Below are positions 32,247 to 44,475 of a stretch of DNA of 60,000 bases, piece by piece. The stretch is taken from NCBI GenBank assembly GCA_964187785.1, contig OZ076409.1, positions 64,172,001 through 64,232,000 of the forward strand. The letters run 5' to 3'. Numbering within the stretch: the stretch's first letter is position 1; every line of letters starts with the position of its first letter. A program made the position numbers and the translations under genes. The DNA is from Amphiscolops sp. MND2022 (Eukaryota). The notes under the pieces were generated by a model. The model saw nothing but the letters and a program-made list of their open reading frames with translations, ran no database searches and had not been told where the DNA came from.

Positions 32247-35200
32247 TAGTCTATTAGATACCTGCCAAATAAGCTCATAAGAAGCGCTTGGTTATTGAGT
32301 TTGAAAAAGAAGCTAGACTACGGTTGAGTTTGATTATCCTACCTCTTTCATACAACAAGCTAGAATACAACAGTGACAATTCGCCAAAAAATTTCGTTTT
32401 TCTCGAAATTTTTTTGTTTTTAGACGTCAATAGAACACAATAAAAAAAACGCCGAAGTGGACAAATGGACTGATTTAGGCGCCGCCATAGATTTTATTCC
32501 CTAAATATGATTAACTCAGCTGGTGAACAAATTATACGAAACTAGACTTACTGTCTATCTGAGAAAATATGAGATCAGATTTCTTCAAGTTGCCAAACTC
32601 CTCTGCGGCCTCGACAATGTCTGTGAGGTCTTCGTAATTCATCTTTAGCAGCCGAATCACAAAGTTCAATTTCCGAGAAAGATAAAATTATGAGAACGCA
32701 GCGAAGATGTAGCTGTGTTGATAATCTTCACTGGGCAACAGGCAAGGGATGTAGAAATACTTCTTTGAATTTTTTAAAACGAAAAAGACCGTTTTGAATC
32801 ATTTTCCGCTAAATTCATGGAACAAAGTTACATTTAATAATTTTTGCTCCAAAAACTTGTTTTAACAAGTTTTCTGTAACCACGTGACCAATTCTGGTGA
32901 TGAGAAAAACAGAATTTAAAAATGACGACAACTTTGTACCTTAGTCAGAAAACTTTAGATACTTTGAAAAGCGTTCTCAGCAGTCATGCTTGAAAAATGT
33001 TTAGTGTTGTTAAGTTCCTTAATTAAAAGCTTTATATATTTAAATTGTTGTACGATTTAAATTACATCTGAGACATTGCATGCCTGTAGTGTGATAATTT
33101 TTAAAAGTTTTCTTTTCTACATCCCCGTAGTTGTTTTCTATGCACGTGTAAACCGCCTATGGTGGTTTCAACAAAGTAAAATGCTAGTAACAAACAGGTA
33201 CGAGCACCAATCGCTGAGAGGAAATGAAAACTAACGTGAAGTAAAAGCAAAAAGCACGACGGATTCATATATTATCCACACGATATAATTGCAGCGTTTT
33301 ATTTTATTTTTCGCTCACATGACAACATTGACCGGCACCGCAAGCAGCAAGGTCTTATTAGATCGAGTTTAATGTTTGCTGCAGTGCGAATTTTATTTCA
33401 CCAATGGCGGAAGTTATATCAAGAATACAAACATGTTTGTTTTTTTTTGCCTTGTGGAATGCTCAAATTATAAAAAATTTACCAGCCTAACGCGCAATTT
33501 TTTTCCACTCAAATGGCAGTCTGTCGTGATATGAAAAGTAAAATAGATAAGCAAACAGACAGAAATCGCTTGACTCAAATTTTTTTAAAGCTCAAACTCT
33601 GATTAACAAGTAATGCTTTATTTGAGCGCAAAAATATGCAACAATTTCTTCGTTAGCTTCCTGTTTTGATACGTGCGAAACGAGCGCTTTGACAGGTAGA
33701 CCGCTTAGTTTCTTAGCAAGTGAATTGAGTTCTAGAAGAAGCTTCCTGCAGAAAACACTTATTTCATTTTCAAAACCATTGGAAAGAGCGACATATTTTT
33801 GACGAAACGAAAGCTTCTGCATGCCAAATGAATGCAGGCATGAGAAGGCATGAAGCATTATTACAGTAAACCGAAATTATAAATATTTAAGAAGCGATAA
33901 TATTCTACAGTCTATTGGTATGCTGATTTTGGAATGCGTTACGTGGTATTTTTTCAATCTAAGAAAGGACCGTAAGCGGTGTATTTAGACCTTAAGAAAT
34001 TATGAAAATTGCTGTTTTTTGATATTTCCAATTTTCTGTAGTGAAGACACACGTGTACGTGTAAGTGAAAATAAACTAATTACATATAAAAAACTGTAAC
34101 ACCATATTTCTGTGTTCTGCCCAATATTCATTTATGGGAAAAGAAAATCATCCAACCGAATAAAAACATTTTCATTTTGGTCGTTCAAAGTAAACGCTAG
34201 TTATGAATGAGATTGATTCTTTAAAAAGTTTTGTCCAAACGTGTCCAGTGTTTTGGCAGGTGTGTATTTTTTTCTCAACTGGAGCATTGTTTTGGTTGTC
34301 AAAATCACGGAGAGTGCCGACGAATACCGGTCATCACAATCGGATCCTTTCGTAATAAAATATGCCTGACTACTTCAATGACTAGTTTTTTGTCACAGCA
34401 CAGATAGATCAACCTTTTATAAACTTTTTGCCTCAGATCTCAAGAATACTCAGAGAAACTAAAGGGAACAAATTTCCAGAACTTGCTTGAAAACAGTCTG
34501 TTGACATATTCAAAGTTTTCGAGACTGATGTGAAGTACTGATCTGAGAAGCTCCATTCTAGTTTTCCGTAAAACCTTTCTATTTGATTTGACCAAAAATA
34601 GAGGACTGTTCCTGATCGCCATCCCAAGCTTTTTATGGAAGCGCGTATTTCTTTCTGCTCTGAGGTATTCAATCTATTAGCTGATTTTCTGATATCGATT
34701 TACAATTCATGACAAACTAATGTCGCAAGATGGCGCCTGTGGTTGAAAGAAGTATTCATTCACAATTAGTGCGTTTTAGTGGATTACAGATCTTTCGAAA
34801 GATTGCCATCTGTGATGGGAATTTGTATTCAATCTCCTACTCGTATTTAAAAAGCCCGATTTAAGAATTAAAAAAAAGAGAAAATAGACTGAAACTACCT
34901 TGAACTTCATGTATTAGTTTGTTTTGTAAAGGTAAAATACTTGTAAAAATAGTTAATATCAAAAGGAGATACTGACTAGCAGAAAGAAAACCTGTTGAAA
35001 TGTCTGCCTGTGAAATACAGCGGACGGGACATACAAGGCTCGCTTCAGACAATAGGAACAAGTTATGTCAGTTCAGTCCTTTAATAATAAACTGGTGCTA
35101 ATTGATGCTAGTAGTTGAATGGCCTGACAAGGCCCAAACATAGAAATAAAGTCAGAAAGCCGGTTTTGGCTTTCATTATACTTGAATTGTAGTGTTTTGT

Positions 35201-36717
35201 GATACAATTGAAACAGGTTTTACAGCTGTAGGCAAAACAGGTGCAAGCAAAACACCTGTAAACAAAATCTTTGTAGTGAATAAACGGACTGTATATCTAC
35301 TCTTTAGTGCAGTTTTTGACAGAAAATGTTCCTTGATCAAAAGCAACATTTTAGCTTTTTTAGTTTTCTAAGGCCTTTATCTTCGAGGGTATTTCTGATG
35401 CAGTAAACCTCTTTCCTTTGCAAGATGCCCGAGGCCTGTGATCATGTTTCAGTGCTCTAGTGTTCAACCAGAGCAGGCTCCATCATACTTCTATTTCGTG
35501 CGAAAATTTGCTCGGTTGAGTTTTTAGTCGCTACTAATATCCGTGGAACCACTCGAGGTACTGGTATGATAGATAATTAATTTTCAATGGTGTACACACG
35601 GGGCCTTCTCGTGGAACAGGTTTTTCCGCTGAGGTTGGTCCTTGGTGCAAAACGTTCGTTGATTAAATGCGACTTTTTTAGCCTCTTTAGTTTCCTACGG
35701 CCAATATCTCCGAAGGTTTCCTGATGTAGTAACATTATTTTCCACTGGAGAATGCCCCTTTTAAACGCCTCTGTTCTAATGCAGGAAAGTTGAACGAGAG
35801 CAGGTTCCATTATGGTTTTTTTGGTGAGAAATTTGGTATGTGGAGCTTAAGAAAAAATGAAAGCCACATCCCAAGAAATAACTATAAACTTTCTAAATAC
35901 AATTAGAAAGAGTGGCATTATGGGTTCATACTTTTCCGTGGCGTACACCTTTTCGTGGAACTACTTTCATCTCGCTAAAGTAGAGCTTGGCGCAATTTTA
36001 TACGAAAACTGATCATTGATCAAATGCGACATTTCCAGTTGAGTTTTCTAATGTATCTTTTCGAGACGATTTGCGATGCATATGATTTAGATACTGAGTT
36101 TTGTTTGTTGTCAAACGATTATTCTTAGCAAGCTTTTGGCCTGAGCACCTTTGCGCCCTTGCTTTTTGATTTTCTTGATTGTTACTGTTGGACCCCCGGT
36201 TGTCATGAGAACTATTTGGCTATAGCCATATATGAAAAAGGAATTTGAGGATGAAAAATCACCGAATACTAGATTATTAGTAAGACAAACACTAGGACTT
36301 GAGTCAAGTTATAATTAAATACCAGACGCAGTTTTTGGACATAGAAAGTTATATTAGTATACTTATTAAAAAGTTACCGAGCAAAATTGTGTCAATACAA
36401 ACTATCAATACAAACAAGCTAACAGACCAATCGAAAACAAAGCATTCAATGAAGACGAGAAACACACATTTCAAGATCCGTTAGTGGTACCGTCGGTGGA
36501 CCGAGAGTAAAGCCTTGAATTGGCGGCTTGGGACGACCTCCCAGGGACAGGCAAGCTTGTCATAGTAGCTAGAAAAAAGAATCAGTCGCTCAGGCGAGCA
36601 GATGTATGATACACTACATTCCATTTTGAATAGCAACGGCAGTGATCAAGGTAACAATATATCGGATCTACAACCTGGTACGACGACGTTCCAGGGTTTC
36701 TAAGTAGAAAACGCTAA

Positions 36718-37031
36718 TGATCTCTTTCACTATATCCCCCCTACAGCAAAAAGGGGGGACATAGTGAAACGCTATTAAATACATGTATTGCACATTCTAA
36801 TCGCGCAGATCTGCTCTTATCTAACAACGCTTCTAATTGGCTGAGTGGGGATTTTGATGATAAGAACCAATAAAAAGTGTCGTTAGTTATGACGACATCA
36901 ATTGATTGACAGAATAGCATGAGAGATTAGCCAATAAGAGATAAATATAAATGAGCCACAAACATTAATATTCTCTAGGGGGGACATAGTGTAACGAGTG
37001 ATATAGGGGGGGGGCATAGTGAAAGAGATCC
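36718..37031 (+). mobile_element. MITE copy 1 (Merlin-like, GG...CC TIRs)
   Basis: TIR GATCTCTTTCACTAT.TCCCCC; degenerate 8-bp flanks AACGCTAA / AGCGCTAT. Confidence 0.8.
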
Positions 37032-37073
37032 AGCGCTATATCTAATTGTTGAAATGAATTAGTTATATGATTT

Positions 37074-37360
37074 GGAACTCTTTCACTATGTCCCCCTATA
37101 TCACTCGTTACACTATGTACCCCCTAGAGAAAATAATCCTCCTATTGGCTAATCTCTCATGCTATTCTGTCAATCAATTGATGTCGTCATAACCAACGAC
37201 ACTTTTTATTGGTTCTTTTTATCAAAGTCACCACTCAGCCAATCAGAAGCGTTGTTAGATACTAGCAGATCTGCGCTATTAGAATGTGCAATACATCCAT
37301 TCAATAGCGTTTCACTATGTCCCCCTTTTTGCTGTAGGGGGGATATAGTGAAAGAGATCC
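37074..37360 (-). mobile_element. MITE copy 2 (inverted), 8-bp TSD TATGATTT
   Basis: Reverse complement of copies 1 and 3; perfect TSD at 37066-37073 and 37361-37368. Confidence 0.88.
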
Positions 37361-37646
37361 TATGATTTTTTAATGATATCGAATGCAATTACTTTTCATA
37401 TTACAGTTATGAAAAATGCTTCTAAATTGTCAATGCAATGAAATCATAATGGTACGTTGTCTAGTGTATGCACTTAAAACAACTAATTCGTGTTATCTAC
37501 TTGCGACGACGTTCCATTTGAATTGTCTTTTTTTGGTATAAGCGTGTGAAGAAATACAAATTGTTGGATAAACTAAAAAACGTTATTCCAGTATTGTGCG
37601 GCATTATTGGAAGCTAATTTGATTAGATAGGAATTGATTTAAACTG

Positions 37647-37957
37647 GGATCTCTTTTACTATATCCCCCCTACAGCAAAAAGGGGGGACATAGTGAAACG
37701 CTATTAAATACATGTATTGCACATTCTAATAGCGCAGATCTGCTCGTATCTAACAACGCTTCTGATTGGCTGAGTGGGGATTTTGATAATAAGAACCAAT
37801 AAAAAGTGTCGTTGGTTATGACGACATCAATTGATTGACAGAATAGCATGAGAGATTAGCCAATAGGAAATGAATATAAATGAGCCGCAAACATTCTTTT
37901 TCTCTAGGGGGGACATAGTGTAACGAGTGATATAGGGGGGGACAGTGAAAGAGATCC
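37647..37957 (+). mobile_element. MITE copy 3, 8-bp TSD TTAAACTG
   Basis: GGATCTCTTTTACTATATCCCCC...GGGGGACAGTGAAAGAGATCC; perfect TSD. Confidence 0.88.
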
Positions 37958-38732
37958 TTAAACTGCCCTATATTGTCTGAAATGATTTACTAATTCTTAC
38001 TATTGGAAGTGTTACTTTTCGGTTCTAATGCTCATGTAAACATTTATTACATCTTTCTGCGGCGTTACTTTGATTAAATATTCAGGTAATAAAGGTGCAG
38101 GTAATGAGTTTTCATTAATAAAATTCATCCTCACATTTTTGTCGAAACGCATTTCAAATGTTGTGCATTTTTTTTCCTGTGTCAGCAAGCTAAGTTGATG
38201 TACTTTTGTGCCATGCTTGATTTCCACCTCAGTAAAAGGCGATACTTGAAGAGGAAGGGCAGAAGAATTTAGAATCAAGCCGGAAGTTGAACCTCAGATC
38301 CTTTCTGGTGGTGTGATTAAACCGAAAGCTTGCGTCTTGAGGAAGCTTGCCCGAAAAAGTGTTCCAGTCTTGGTGGGACTCTGGTCTGATTAGGTTGTAA
38401 AGTACACATGCGGGATCTTCTACGCGTCTAGCGCAACGTTTTTATGCCGGATAATATTTTTTACAATTGTTTGAAAATATACGGAAATTCGAGGTAAGGT
38501 AAAACAAATTGGCAGAAACCTTTTGAATATTGTTTGATAACTTTCCACAAACTGTTTCCTTTCTCAATTCAAATGTCAGAAAAGCCGAAAAAAAAGTTGG
38601 GACGTGACTATCTTGAAGTTTGGAGTGAGGAACCAGAAATTCGTGCAAAATCTATCCTTCACGATCAGAACTAACTTCAGTTCATGCCAAATGGATGTTG
38701 TAAAAAGTTTGATCAGAAACCTTGGTAAACAA

Positions 38733-39453
38733 TGTAACGGCATCCAGTGATCAACGAAGTTTTGACTCATGTTGAAAAAAAATTCGTTCAAAACTGACGT
38801 GGCACTCGAACATGATTTTGGCAAGGTACCTGTCAGCAGAAATCGCAAAGAAACAGACAGAGAAGCGCCCCGCGAGAGAGAGCGAGAACAAAAAAGCGTG
38901 ACAAGCACAAAAAAGTCAAAAAGACAGCGAACTGGCTGTATCCACGGTGTTTGCCTGCTGGAATCATGGTTTTGCAGGACTGACCCGGAAATCAGCATGA
39001 CAGCTTGAAGATCTCAGTACCCGTGCCCGAGGGTTGTGCCCAGCTCGAGCGCTGGTGCTATGCCGCCCGAACGCCCATCAGCTTCGCCGAGCTGGACTTT
39101 ATCATCGTAATGAATGTATTTGTTTGATTAATTATCAGCTCGATGGCTACCCCTACATTGTGCATTTACCCAGACTCCCGTTGGTAAAATTCAGTTCTAC
39201 ACTACCTTGTTGTTTTTATGAGCTATCTACACAGTGGTTGTAAAAAGAAAGCACAATTCCTGTGATTCTTAGCAGTTACAGACTGGTATCAGGCCAGAGA
39301 GCATCTGTATAGACGGTTCCCCCTCCTCGGGACCGGCTATCCTTAGGAGGACAAAGTGAGCTGATATCATAGTGGTTTGTCCCGGACCATATCCATGGTA
39401 CCAGTTCCTCCATTTTATTGTTACGATACAATCGCTTAGCGCTCGCCGTTACA
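38733..39453 (-). mobile_element. Solo LTR of an unrelated family (TGTAACGGC...GCCGTTACA)
   Basis: 9-bp terminal inverted repeats with TG/CA ends; diverged homolog in opposite orientation from 59426. TSD not clean; orientation tentative. Confidence 0.6.
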
Positions 39454-40586
39454 CAAAATATCAATTGGTAACTATGACATCGGGGAAAGAAAAAACATTG
39501 TGAAAAAACAGCGTGAACTGAATCTATTTTGAAATTAGAGTTCCAGGTTGTTAAAAATTAAGAATGATTTAGAAGAAGGGACTTTTTCAGACGAAAATAT
39601 TTGGAAATTTGACATGGCCTTTCTACAATATTGGTGTACAAATGAAGCCTGGACAGCGTGTAAAAATGAAGGTTATTTTACGTATCAGTGGGCCAATATC
39701 GTTAAATAATGGCGATCTCATCGGAATGTGGCTTGGATTACGTGTTGTTATCTTTCGTTTTTCTTTCCAGACACTAAAATTTTTGGTTTTTGCACGGTAA
39801 GGTTTCTGAAAAAGTTCGTTTGCAGAGACTCAGTGTTTATTGAGAACATCTATCTGAGTCGTTGCAAACGTCAAAGTTGATTCGGGGCAAGTTTTCGAAG
39901 TTGGGATGTATTCGCGATGGCAACAGATATCGCTGCCAAACAGTAACTCATGGGTCATCCCTGGCATTGTGATTAGAATCCACTTTATTCTTGCCAGATA
40001 TAAATTGTCAGAAAACTCGTAACCGTAGAAGTAGTCCGGAGAAACGCATAAAAATTCCAGAAAACATCTCTTGAAAATGTTTTTTGTGATAAAAAGTTCA
40101 TCGCTCGATGTCTAAAACTCACTTTAGGAAGTGTTGAGATTTTTGCTCTTGATTCGAGAGTAGGTATTGTAGCAGGAGGAAAAAGATCCTATAAAAGGAA
40201 AATCCAGGCTATGTTGGTGATCTGATTCATTTAACGTACCCTAGTTGAATCAGTTTTTCATGCCGCTTTTATGCATACAAAGGTATTTTTTCTACAAAAC
40301 ATGGAAAATGGAAAATCCCGAGAGCGTGCTTGGGCGTTTGTCGCATTACATTGCAGCTTTCACTATTTCAATCAAAATTGAAAATTTGCTGGGTATCCTG
40401 AAACATTTCGGTAAAATAAATTCATGTAGATTCAAGTAGCGTACGCACTCTTGCTTTCTTGCTGTATCCACCGACTGGAAAACCATTTACACTTTCGCTT
40501 TTTTTCAGGACACTAAAAATTTTGGTTTTAGCACGGTAAGGTTTCTGAAAAAGTTCGTTTCCTCCCCAGTTGCTGCCAATTGGAAA

Positions 40587-41378
40587 CTAGAAAAAAAACA
40601 TAGGCGCAACTGCTATTGCGCGACGGCTCCGAGCAGACGATCTCTTCAACGCCCAGTAATAAAACTTTAAGTCACTGAAATGAGGGGTCCTGATACGTCA
40701 GTTGACGCCTATGTTTGGCCGGTTTGATGTGGTTAATCAACCGAAAATGGGCAAAATCGGCAAAATTGGCAAAAACTTTATCAGAAACTTCACGTTTCCG
40801 AAGCTTAAAAAATCGCGCCGTCCTAAAAATCTCGGAAAATCTCCGAGATGGCCCAGGAGTAATGGGTTCTACGGTAGTGCGCCCAAGCACCCCCAATTGC
40901 ATGGGGTACGTCAAAATACACTTTTTTCCGCAAAAACCGTGTTTTTTTCCGCAAAAAACCCAAAAACGTTCCGATTTTTTCAGTCATTTTCTCAACGACC
41001 AATAATCGCAGGATAATGAAACTTTCATGAGCTTAGAGGAGACATCCTCTTGCGTCGATCGGTGCTACTTATGAGCCAGTTCGATGTCGTTTAAGTTGTA
41101 AAATTACGCAAATTCGGAAAAAAACCTGAAAACTTTCGCAAAAATAGTGTTTTCGAAGCTAATAAAATCGCCCAGGCAAAAATTTTCGGAACCCTCTTAC
41201 ATGACCAGAAAGGGCATTCAGTTGCGGTTCTGTTTTTAAAATTTTGAATTGTCTCAGAGAAATAGGCTTGGGGAAAAATAGCCGAAACTTTTACTAATGC
41301 AGAGGGATGTCACGTTTTGGCGAAAAAAACATAGGCGCAACTGCCATTGCGCGACGGCTCCGAGCAGACGATCTCTTC
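40587..41378 (-). mobile_element. Possible non-autonomous Helitron-like element with ~55-bp terminal direct repeat
   Basis: Minus-strand end GCGCAATAGCAGTTGCGC hairpin, then T-rich spacer, then CTAG|T at 40587. The same ~55-mer recurs at ~41323-41378. Confidence 0.4.
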
Positions 41379-41589
41379 GAGGCTTCAAATTATTCAGCAA
41401 GGAAAATTAGATTCCAGCTCGTCTCCAGGGATCATATGATCTTTCATTGTATTATGTCAAAGAGCTTTCGCTAGGTCACTTGTACGAGACGATGTGATTT
41501 ACAATAATCTCTCGGTAGACGCTAGATAAAGCCGACTCAAACAATAAAGCATCTCGCTTCGGTCGTCGCCTTGAAAAGAAATAACCTAC

Positions 41590-43351
41590 TGTCGCAGGCT
41601 GCCGCCTGTGACGGCACAAAGTTGACGACAACAACAGTAGGACAGGAGGCAGTGCCAGGAACATTGCCAATCTACTAGAAAACTTGGGACTTGTTGAACT
41701 TTTGCATTATTTTATATGTTTACATCACCTTATAAATTATGTAGTAAATGGCCTTAAAGGGAACTATTCCCTTATTCTGACATTTGAATTGATATACATG
41801 ATAGTAAAAATTCCGGACAGTTTAGGTTTTGTCCAATAGTACCATATTAGTCTGTTAACATGAAAATGTGCTTTTTGTTATGTTATGTTGTTGATGAAAT
41901 CAATATAGAAGCTGGATATAAACAACTGTAAAACGATACGGTAACGAGTTCAAATGGACTCTCGTATACGTGCTACAATGTCGCTTGTGCTTTTATTCTG
42001 GCCAATCAGAGGCTTACAAATCTGTGCAGTACTCTATTTGCCGATTATGGCTCATTGACTAAATGATTAAAACGCTGCATGTGCTATTTAGGCAAACGGC
42101 CGAGTCTGGCCTATCAATCTACTAAGATTAAAAGTTTAGGTAATTGATGCTATCGTCAAGTGCTATTAATAACTCTAATTTGATGGCCTTTATTGCACGA
42201 GAAGGCTTTGATTGATGATTTAGAATGATGAGTATTGTTTTAGTAAGTTATTATTAAATAACCACCCTCAATGTTGTACCAACTATAATCAGAACATGAA
42301 AACATGTATAGTGGCCTTATCAGGCTCGCTCAGCAATCCACCAACTATGTAAATTGGTTGACCCTGACCGAATTTGTTGTGTCACGCGACCCCACATACC
42401 TAAGTCACGTGCATATAAACAACTATGTTATTGATTACCTGTTGATCAGGAAATATTATTCAAGAATGTGAAAATTGTTGACGGTTAAATATTTGTTGCT
42501 TTGATGTAATGAATTTGTTGTTTCACCACATTGGTGACGTTTGTCTTGTGACCCAATAGGGCCACAACCTTGTGACCTTGTCTAGATCAAACATCCAAAG
42601 AATGTGAGTGTCATCCCCTCAGGGGTATAAATACCCGTACTCCTGCAGGTGGATTCATTCAAAACCCTTCTCTCAACCTGATCAAGACTAAATTTGTTCA
42701 AAACAGTTTACTGTTAGTTTTCCGAACAAATAAATAATTCAGTGTTTATACTCGGATTTTCTCTTATGCCTACCACCAGGAAACAGAAGAAAACCAGAAA
42801 GTCCCGCGGACTAGAAATCCTTTCAGACATTGAGAACTTAGACATAATGCTAGGCGGAGACCATTTTAATGGAGCCGAGAGAAAGAGAAGCCTAGATAGT
42901 ACTTCTGCAAGAAGGAGAGAAAGTATTACAAGCAATAATTTGGAAAATGAGGGAGAAAGTCCATACTCAAATCACAGAAATGATGATCTTAGGACTAGTG
43001 CCGATTACGGCCGAAACTCAGCTGATGCAAGCTCTCAAGCTGAAATTAACAAATTGTCGTGTGAGTTAAACTCTAGGATATCCAGAGAGATGGATGAAAT
43101 GATGAATAGCGTTAGCTCCCAAATTCAGAGAGCCATAAACGAGGCTATAAATAACCAAGTATTACCCCAAATACAAAATGTTATAATTGCCGGATCGGGA
43201 CGCGAGGCTAGAAGGGGATGGTAAGCTCCTATGGAGAGACCGGAAATAAGTACCGAAGTGCGCCGTAGTGTAAATGCGAAGGCCCATCTTAGAAGTGAAC
43301 AAGACGATGAACACCACAATGGTGAATTGCCCAATCGAAACGTTCATGACA
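41590..43351 (+). repeat. 5' LTR of E2 (1762 bp)
   Basis: TGTCGCAG...CATGACA; TATAAATA 42626, AATAAA 42729. Confidence 0.96.
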
Positions 43352-43360
43352 TGGTGACAG
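43352..43360 (+). promoter_or_regulatory. Primer-binding site of E2 (TGGTGACAG)
   Basis: Immediately follows the LTR CA; identical to the E1 PBS core. Confidence 0.8.
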
Positions 43361-44468
43361 TAGACAACGAATCTCCCAATCAAGTTCCTGAGTTTCTCAC
43401 AGGACGTATCCCATCTAGAAGTCATCTCGATCAGTCCTGCGAGGACATCAACCTCGACACGACGATCCCAGCACAAGAGAGAATCGCTACGGCTGTTGAA
43501 TCTGATCCCATTACTAGACTGGCCGACGTCTTGTCCACTTTGCAGAATAGACCGACAGCCCAACAACTCACTATACGTCCAGTCAACTCTAATACCATGA
43601 CTTTCGATGGCAAGAGTGAGAAATTTGAGTTGTTCGAGGATCTTTTCCATACCATGATCAAGATGCAGCCAGAAATGACTGAACAGATGAAAATCAACCA
43701 TTTTCATTCACTCTTGAGGAAAAATGCTCTCCAGACGTTTAGAAACATCAATTCGACAAACCGACAAACTCTTGAAGATGTACTAGTCATCTTCAGACGA
43801 AAATACGTCAAACCTGAGTCACAGGCGACTGCCAATCACAAATGGCACCGTCTGGTCTTCGACCCTATTACGATGAAACTGCCTGATTTCCTTGAAGAAT
43901 TGAATCAAGGGGCGGAGAAAGCGTTTGGAGACCATGCGCAGAAAATGATTGACAGCTTACTTTACGCAAAGTTGCCACCAAAATTGAAACGGTCCGTCAA
44001 CATGGCCAGATTAGAAAATGGCTCATACGATGAGATAGTTGCTCACTTGGAGAGAGAATTGGAGCATAACGCTCTCGAGGAGTCAGACGACCTACCAATG
44101 GCAACTATGACTTCCTCATCAACTAAGCCCAAAACTCCTCTGCCCACTGGGCAAATGTCAGACATCACTTGCAATTAGTGCAAGGAAAAGGGCCACATGG
44201 TCAAGGACTGTGAAAAGTTTAAAAAGAAGAAAGAGAAAGACGCCCAACAAGGCAAACAAACTCAGAAGAAGACCTATCCGGAGTGTGGCACGTGCGGCAA
44301 AAAGAACTACCCGGAGGAAAGATTTTGGCAAGGTGCCGGTGCACATCTTAAACACAAACGCACTAGGCCCGAGGACTCAAATGACAATAAGCCTAATTCA
44401 AAGGCCCAGAAACCTCAGACCAAACCGGCATCATCAAGCTCCCAATCCTCATCTTCTAATGATGAGTC

Positions 44469-44475
44469 AAAAAAC
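44469..44475 (+). promoter_or_regulatory. -1 frameshift slippery heptamer A AAA AAC at end of E2 gag
   Basis: Directly before TAA; the -1 frame is open and continuous with the pol ORF at 44574. Confidence 0.75.

Noticed and set aside
32260..36700. Possible host-gene exons
   Set aside because: Only short ORFs with no recognisable domain or consistent splice chain; cannot be supported without RNA data.
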